A DNA stretch of 30,319 nucleotides from an uncultured delta proteobacterium. Its GTDB lineage: Bacteria; Myxococcota; Myxococcia; Myxococcales; Myxococcaceae. Shown one piece after another: positions 23,411-30,319 of the stretch; the first letter of the stretch is position 1; every line of letters starts with the position of its first letter. The stretch covers positions 1-30,319 of the forward strand of contig CAVYSY010000041.1 in the NCBI GenBank assembly GCA_963771175.1. The letters are read 5' to 3'. The notes under the pieces are model-generated. The model saw nothing but the letters and a program-made list of their open reading frames with translations, did not search any database and was not told the DNA's origin. The position numbers were made by a program, and so were the translations under genes.

Positions 23411-24738
23411 TGCACCCGGAGGCTTCCATGCACCCGAATCGAACGACGTGGGCAGTGGTGCTGACCGCCGCGCTGGCCTCGGCCCCGGCGTGGGCGGAGG
23501 ACGCCTCGGACGCGAAGACTCCGCGCACGGGGTGGGGCGTACAGGGCCTGCCGCTGGTCAACTTCAACAGCGACGAGGGCTTTGGCTATGGCGCACGGTT
23601 GCTGCTGGTGGACTCGGGCGATGGCACCCAGGCCCCCTACCGCCATGCCCTGACGGCGCAGTTCTTCCAGACGACGCGCGGGTTGGCCATGCACCGCCTC
23701 ATGCTGGACGCGCCGCGCTTCCTCTCGTCGCCCTGGCGGTTGGGAGTGGACGTGAGCATGCTCAACGACCGCTTCTCGCCCTACTTCGGCCTGGGCGGTG
23801 CGTCGACGTACGAGCCGGCCTTCGCCACCTGTGAGGACCGGGAGGCGCTGAAGCTCAATCCGAACGTGTGCCCGGGCAACCCGGACTTCCGAGGCCTGCG
23901 CTACTACAACTTCGAGCAGCGAACCCTTCCGAGCGTGGTGCTGAACATGCGCCGGCCGCTGAGTGGCCCGTGGCAGGTGGCGGTGGGCTACCGCTTCCGC
24001 CTCACCACGGTGAACCCGCGCTACAGCAGGGAGGACCTGGGACAGGAGCGGGGCTCACGGTTGGTGGAGGACGCTCAGGCAGGGCTTCTCACCCATATGA
24101 AGGAGGACGTGCCCGGGTCGGGTCGCTTCCGCACGGCGGAGGTGACGGCGGGCCTGCTGCTGGACACGCGAGATAACGAGCCGGCACCGGTGCGCGGCAT
24201 GTTCCACGAGCTCGCGGCACGAGGGGCCGCGGAGGTGACGGGGAGCGCCTTCCGCTACTGGGGAGCCACGGCCAACCTGCGCTTCTACCACCCGGTGTTC
24301 GACGAGCGGCTGGTGGCGGCCCTGCGGCTCTTCGTCGATGTGATGGGCGGAGACGTGCCCTTCTTCATGCTCTCCTCTTTTGGCGGCGTGGAGTGGCGCG
24401 ATGGATGGGGCGGCATCGGCGGCGTGTACACCGCGCGCGGCATCCTGAAGAACCGGCTCCAGGGGCAGGTGAAGGCGCTGGCCAACGGTGAGCTGCGGTG
24501 GAAGGTCCTCTCGGTGGCGCCGTGGCAACAGCGGCTGGACTTCACCCTCATCGCGTTCCTCGACGCGGGGCAGGCCTGGGCGGACCTGCGCCTGCTCGAC
24601 GGTGGCCTCCCCCGGTACGCGGGCGGCGGCGGGCTGCGCATCGCCTGGGAGGACAACTTCATCGTCCGGCTCGACTACGGCGTCAGCCCTCGCGACGGCA
24701 CCACCGGCTTCTACTTCGACTTCAACCACCTGTTCTGA
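23410..24738 (+). CDS. Omp85/BamA-TamA superfamily beta-barrel without POTRA domains
   Basis: TGATG overlap; signal ending APAWA; LDTRDNEPAPVRG, FLDAGQAW, GGGLRIAW..IVRLDYG; terminal Phe. Confidence 0.8.
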   Translation: MHPEASMHPNRTTWAVVLTAALASAPAWAEDASDAKTPRTGWGVQGLPLVNFNSDEGFGYGARLLLVDSGDGTQAPYRHALTAQFFQTTRGLAMHRLMLDAPRFLSSPWRLGVDVSMLNDRFSPYFGLGGASTYEPAFATCEDREALKLNPNVCPGNPDFRGLRYYNFEQRTLPSVVLNMRRPLSGPWQVAVGYRFRLTTVNPRYSREDLGQERGSRLVEDAQAGLLTHMKEDVPGSGRFRTAEVTAGLLLDTRDNEPAPVRGMFHELAARGAAEVTGSAFRYWGATANLRFYHPVFDERLVAALRLFVDVMGGDVPFFMLSSFGGVEWRDGWGGIGGVYTARGILKNRLQGQVKALANGELRWKVLSVAPWQQRLDFTLIAFLDAGQAWADLRLLDGGLPRYAGGGGLRIAWEDNFIVRLDYGVSPRDGTTGFYFDFNHLF

Positions 24739-24983
24739 CGGCGAGGTTCAGACTCCCTGGCGGACCGGCGGAGGTCCCCTGGTTGAGCGACCTCCTCGCC
24801 CAGTGAGGACCTGCCCTTCCTGGCGCGATTGACGAAGAACGGCATCGGGCTGGACGAAAAACGGCAGCCCGGTGCCCGAATGCGGCGGTGGCCAGCCACG
24901 GTCCGTGGGGCGCGCTCCTCTGAAAGGAGGCGCTCGGCCATGGGGCGAGCAGGCGAGCACGGTCGTTGCACAGGGCCGCGCGC

Positions 24984-26888
24984 ATGCACCTCAAACCCAG
25001 ACACCGACTCCGTCCGCTGTCGTCCCTGCTGCTCTCGCTCGCACTCGGCTGCTCCGGCTCCGCGCCGGAGCAGGACTCATCCCAGGCCCCCGCTTCGCAG
25101 GCGCAACGACTCTCCTCTTCATCCACGCGCGCGCTGCCTCCCGGGCTCGCGCCCTCCCGGGTGAAGGACATCCAGGTCGGCACCGATACGCGGCTCGCTT
25201 CCTGGGGGAAGGGCTCCTATTCGGGGCTGATACCCAACACCGCCTCCCTCGGCTCGACGTTCTATTTCACGGCCGTCGAGGAAAGCACGGGCGAGGAGCT
25301 CTGGCGGACGGATGGAACCCGGGAGGGCACACGGCTCGTCCGGGAGCTCATTCCCGGTATCAACGGCAAGCGCATCAGCGAACTGGTGACCCTGGGAGAC
25401 ACCCTGTTCGTGAGCACGGATACCGCAACCCCCGACGGAGCCCTATGGAAGAGCGACGGCACTCCCGAGGGCACCGTCCGGTGGGAGCTCGGGGAGAAAT
25501 GGAAGAGTCCCGGCAACCCCGTCGTCTGTAACGGCGCGCTGTTCTTCCAGGACTTCAACCTGGCGGGTGCCTGGAAGGGCCTCTGGAAGAGCGACGGCAC
25601 CCTCGAGGGAACCGTCGAGATCTCCTCGCGGGAGTGGTTCTTCGGCTTCGAGCCGTCGAACCACTTCGCGTGCGCGAACGGAACACTGTTCTTCGTGACA
25701 TCCGGCGACTCCGAACTGTGGAAGAGCGACGGCACCGCCGAGGGGACGGTGCTCCTCGGGAATCTCGGCTACCTCGGCGTTCCCTGGGACGACACTCCCC
25801 TCATCTTCGCCGCGGGCTCGCGCGTGTTCATCTCCGGTTCCTACATTGGAGGAGGACTCTGGGCGAGCGACGGCACGCCCGAGGGCACCACGCTTCTTGG
25901 CAGTGGAGGGACGGGAGACAGCCTGTTCTACGCCGATTCCCTCACCCCCGTCGGAGAGACCCTCTTCTTCATCGCCAGGGACTCCCTGTTCCGGCAGGGG
26001 CTGTGGAAGAGCGACGGCACCGCGGCCGGAACCCAGAGAGTCGCCGAGCTCCCCCAGGATGGCCCGCCACCCCGGTCTCGTGGCCTTGGGAGACACCCTC
26101 CTCTTCTCGGTGGCGAGCACCCTCTCCCGGAGCGATGGCACACCCGAGGGCACCGTCCTCCTCGAGGACCTCGACTTGAACATCATGCCGCGGGAAGGAG
26201 CCCGCCTGCCTGACGGCCGTTGGCTCATCATCGCCCAGAAGGGCTTCGGCACCGCCTTCTCGCTCTGGGTGACGGATGGGACCAGCGCGGGCACGACTCC
26301 GCTCCAGCTCGAAGGGGGACAAGGCTTCACGCAAATCCTGGGTCTGAGGAGCCACGGAGACCAGGTGGTGTTCTGGGCGGAGGATGGCATCCATGGAATG
26401 GAGCCCTGGGTCACGGATGGAACGCCGACAGGTACCCGGATGCTCCGCGACATCTTCCGGGGCGACTCCTCCAACCCCCAGAGGCTCCTGGACATGGGAG
26501 GCACGCTCTTCTTCACCGCCTATGACTCCGAGCATGGCCGGGAGCTGTGGAAGAGCGATGGCACCGCCGAGGGCACCGTCCTCGTCAAGGACACCAGCCC
26601 GCTCTTCTCGGACATCGGCCCTGGGGGGCTGACGCGCGTGGGGGAGACGCTGTTCTTCTTCTCGGGGAACCAGCTCTGGAAGAGCGATGGCACCGAGGCC
26701 GGGACCCTCCCGGTCTACACCCGCCTGCAGAGCAATGCCCTCGGGGCGCCGAGCAGCCTGGGGACGTCCCTCTTCTTCACCACATGGAGCTCCGCCTTCG
26801 GCTGGGAGCTGTGGACGAGCGATGGAACCCCCGAGGGCACCCTGCTCTTCACGGACATCAACCCCGGCCAGGGGAGCGCGAGCCCCAC
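24984..26888 (+). CDS. ELWxxDGT repeat lipoprotein (frameshift near 26065; 3' end cut at the junction)
   Basis: Lipobox LALGC; more than 10 ELW(K/R)(S/T)DGTxEGT-type repeats. Confidence 0.88.
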
Positions 26889-27841
26889 TGCCGAGCAGTA
26901 CGGCATGCAGGTTTTCAGTGCCGGTGACGCCGAGGAAATTGCCGAAGCCTCTTCCGCCATGTTCTCAGGCAAGATAAAGGGGCTTGAAATTGCGCGGCTG
27001 CTGGGTGCAGCCGGTGAAGCCGTACCGCAGGAGTGGTATCAGACCGCCGCATTGCTTGAAATCACACCCCGGCAAGGTGGAAGAACGCCCTGCTGAAGGA
27101 GTGAGAAAGCGGTGTGGTGCCGGTCTTCCACTGCAGCCAGGAAATTCCCTGCAACCCCTGTACGTCGGTCTGCCCGCAGGGGCTGATCGAAATCGATCCG
27201 GAGGATATCCGTAAGGTACCCGAATTCCTGGGAACTACACCTGCAGAAAGCCTGCATCGGCTGTGAGAAGTGCGTCAGCATCTGCCCGGGTCTGGCGATC
27301 ACGCTGGTGGACTATCGGAAAGGAGCAAGATGCCATTGTAAGTCTGGCGCATGAGTACCTGCCGGAAAGTATCCGGGCTGGAGATTTGGTGACCGTGCTG
27401 GATGTGGACGGCGGCATTCTGGGCGAAGTGCCCGTTGAAAGAGTGCGCTCGATCCGTAAAAACGAGCATACCCTGATGGTTAAATTGCGCGTGCCGCGCC
27501 GGATCGCCAGATTGGTGGCCGGTATCCAGGTCCAACAGCCGTGGGTCTCACAGGCCTTACCGGAAGCATTGGAGCACATCGCAGATGATGCGATTGTGTG
27601 CCGCTGTGAACGGGTGCGTGCTTCAGAAATTAGAGCGCTGATCCACCAGGGTTACCGTGATCTGAATGAAATCAAGATCATCACCCGTGCCGGTATGGGC
27701 GCATGCGGCAGCAAGACCTGCCATGCCCTTCTACTGCGCCTGTTTAGGGAAGAAGGCATCGCATTCGATGAACTGATCAGACCAGGTTAGACGGCCCTTG
27801 TTTGTGGAGACCCCATTGGGAGCATTCGCAGGGATCCGTGA
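26889..27841 (+). CDS. C-terminal part of a sarcosine oxidase alpha-like FAD oxidoreductase with 4Fe-4S dicluster and BFD-like 2Fe-2S domains (5' missing, frameshifted)
   Basis: VFSAGDAEEIAEASSA; HCSQEIPCNPCTSVCP, CIGCEKCVSICPG; VCRCERV...TRAGMGACGSKTC. Confidence 0.78.
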
Positions 27842-27850
27842 GGAGAAGCC

Positions 27851-29016
27851 ATGAAACCCTCTGAAATCTATGATGTCATCTGATCGGAGCCGGCAGCATT
27901 GGCACTCCAGCAGCCATGTACATGGCTGCGGCTGGCCTGAAGGTGCTCGTGATCGAGAAGTTTGCCAGCGCCGGACAGGGCTCCAACAAGGCTGCCATTG
28001 GCGGTGTGCGCGCCACCCATTCCGACCCGGCCAAGATCCGTTTGGGTTTGCGCAGTGTGGAGATCTTCAGCACCTGGGAGCAAACCCACGGTCAGGATAT
28101 CGAATGGCGCAGCGGCGGTTACTGCTTCGTGGCTTACACCGAAAGTGATGAACGCAAATTGAAAGATCTGCTGAACATTCAGCAGTCTTTTGGCTTAAAC
28201 ATCAGCCTGGAAAGATGCGCAGGAAATTCGAGAAATAATCCCGGATATCCAACCGGTCGACCTGCCGCGGCGGCACATTCTCCCCTGAAGACGGGCACTG
28301 CTCCAACCTGTTGGCCAATCATGCATTTTTCCAAATAGCCAGCGCAGGCGGGTGCTGAATTCCATTTTCAGGAGAACGTCCTCGAGATTACAACTGATCA
28401 CCAGCGGGTAACTGGTGTAAAGACAGACCGGGGCCGCTACCATGCTGCTGTGGTCATCAACGCTGCCGGTCCATGGGCAGCACAGGTGGGTCAGATGCTT
28501 GGCATCGACCACCCGGTCAGACCTGACTCGCACGAAGCCGGCATCACAGAGCCGGTCGCACAATTTATCAAACCAATGATCGTCGATATCCGTCCAGGGC
28601 AATGCTCGGCCAATGTTTACTTCTATCAGCAGAGCACCGGTCAGATCAACTTCTGCCTGACCCAGACCCCCAGATTTGGGGCTATAATTGCCAGGAAACC
28701 AGCGAATTCCTCCCATTGGTTTCCCGGCGCATGATCGAGCTTGTTCCCAGGCTGGCCGCGATCCGGGTCCGGCGGACCTGGCGAGGCATGTATCCGATGA
28801 CACCGGATGGGTCGCCGATCATTGGACGGGACGATCAAATGGACGGATATCTGATGGCGATCGGAATGTGCGGGCAGGGCTTTATGTTTGGTCCGGGTGT
28901 GGGTGAACTGCTGACCCGCATGGTGATGCAAAAGGATTTGAATGATGAAGACCAGCAAATCCTGCATATTCTCAGCCCCAAAAGAGTCATTTATGGGCAA
29001 AGAAACGCTCAAGTAA
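27851..29016 (+). CDS. FAD-dependent oxidoreductase, DAO/sarcosine oxidase beta-like (frameshifted)
   Basis: AGGAG RBS; IGAGSIG, SNKAAIGGVR, VINAAGPWA, WRGMYPMTPDGSPIIG, GMCGQGFMFGPGVG. Confidence 0.85.
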
Positions 29017-29072
29017 GCCATCAAAGCATACAACCAGCGCACACGAAGGTGCTGCACTAGTCCACAGAACGC

Positions 29073-30053
29073 ATGGAAAAGAGACAACTTGGATCATCGG
29101 ATATTGAGATCACACCAATCGGTTTGGGTTGCTGGCAGTTTGCCAACAGCGGGCCTGGCGTTACCAGCTTTTGGGAGAACCTTCCTCAGGATGTGATCGA
29201 CCGGATCATTGCCGTTTCAATCGCCGGTGGAATTAACTGGTTTGACACTGCGGAGGCATACGGGAAAGGCAATTCCGAGAACTGCACTCACCATCGGGCT
29301 GCATACCCTGGGGGTAAAACCAGATGAGGTCGTGATTGCCACAAAATGGCAGCCCCTCTTCCGGACCGAACGTTCGCTTGTGAATACAATCGATGAACGC
29401 CTGAAGGCATTGAATGGTTACCCGATTGAGCTCCATCAGATCCATCACAGTTTCAGCTTCTCATCGATCGAAAAGCAGATGCTGGGATGGCTGAACTCCT
29501 CCGTGCAGGCAAGATACGTTCAGCCGGTGTAAGCAACTTCAACGCCAACCAGATGCGCAAGGCACATACCATTCTCAAGCGCGAGGGTTTTCCCCTTGTC
29601 TCAAACCAGGTCCAGTACAACCTGGTGAACCGAAAAATTGAGATCAATGGGCTGCTTGAAACAGCCCGGGAACTGGGAATTACGATTATCGCCTACTCGC
29701 CCCTGGCACAGGGTATCCTGACCGGAAAATATCACCAGAAACGTGAAGATATTCAAACACGTCCGGGACCGCGCAAGTATTTGAAGTCCTTCCAGGAAAA
29801 AAGCCTCGAGCAAACTGCCCCATTGATCCATGAGTTGCAGGTGATTGGACAAGCTTACAACGCCACACCTGCCCAGGTAGCACTGAACTGGTTAATCCAC
29901 GCGCATGGCAACCTGGTGGTTGCCATCCCTGGCGCTACAAAGGTGCAGCACGCAGAGGAGAATGTCAAAGCTGCCGATTTCCACCTCACACAAACCGAAA
30001 TCGACCGGTTGGGGGAAGTCTCAGCGGATGTAATGGGGTGGAATAAGCTCTAA
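29073..30053 (+). CDS. Aldo/keto reductase (frameshifted)
   Basis: IGLGCWQF, GINWFDTAEAYGKG, IATK, GVSNF, NQVQYNL, IAYSPLAQGILTGKY, AIPGA. Confidence 0.9.
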
Positions 30054-30097
30054 TTAACCATGGTCCTTCAAAACTGCTCTTTGAGGAAACCCTCTGA

Positions 30098-30319
30098 ATG
30101 AAGTTACCAAGCTGCGACTATGATGTAATTGTTATCGGTGCAGGACCGGCAGGTTCAACAAGCGCTTACCACCTGGCGGAAAACCAGCACAATGTCCTGA
30201 TTTTGATCAGCAGCAGTTTCCCCGATATAAAGCATGTGGTGGGGGTTTACCCTTGCATACGCTGAAGGAATTGCCTTTTGATCTCACGCCCGCCCTTGAA
30301 TTCTCCTAGCAATACGTGG
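30098..30319 (+). CDS. Geranylgeranyl reductase-family flavoprotein, N-terminus (partial, frameshifted)
   Basis: YDVIVIGAGPAGSTSAYHLA and FPRYKACGGG. Confidence 0.75.

Noticed and set aside
24955..24970. Sigma54-like site GAGCACG-N4-TTGCA upstream of the ELWxxDGT gene
   Set aside because: Lacks the invariant GG at -24 and lies too close to the start codon.
25290..26850. Recurrent TGGAAGAGCGA(C/T)GGCACC repeats as a CRISPR-like array
   Set aside because: They are coding ELWxxDGT repeats with synonymous variation and long, irregular spacing.

Overview
Bases 1 to about 26,888 are high-GC myxobacterial DNA, judged from the tmRNA tag ANDNVELALAA, a Myxococcus-type solitary MazF, and ELWxxDGT and TSP3/OmpA proteins. 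Scattered single-base frameshifts suggest an unpolished long-read sequence. The left half (1-13.7 kb) is mosaic accessory DNA downstream of tmRNA (ssrA, 13706-14067, minus strand). A 139-bp direct repeat containing the tmRNA 3' end and terminator (3280-3418 / 13590-13728) brackets a ~10.3-kb integrase-less island. In it, the N- and C-terminal pieces of an IS91-like transposase enclose hrpA, a lipoprotein, a DUF4241-like gene and a RibD-C/DHFR gene. Left of the island are mazF, a lipoprotein, two complementary broken copies of a PrcB-like lipoprotein gene in inverted orientation, and GGTGTC-box palindromic elements. The right half looks like core genome: an M16 peptidase pair, a beta-barrel/TSP3/OmpA protein, a putative operon (MidA-like methyltransferase-TPR, sphingosine-1-phosphate lyase, DUF819 membrane protein, POTRA-less Omp85) and an ELWxxDGT lipoprotein. 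Near 26,888 the sequence switches abruptly, mid-gene and in frame, to ~50-55% GC DNA encoding sarcosine-oxidase-like subunits, an aldo/keto reductase and a GGR-family flavoprotein; this is most likely a chimeric join. Family assignments come from motif recognition only; no database searches were run.
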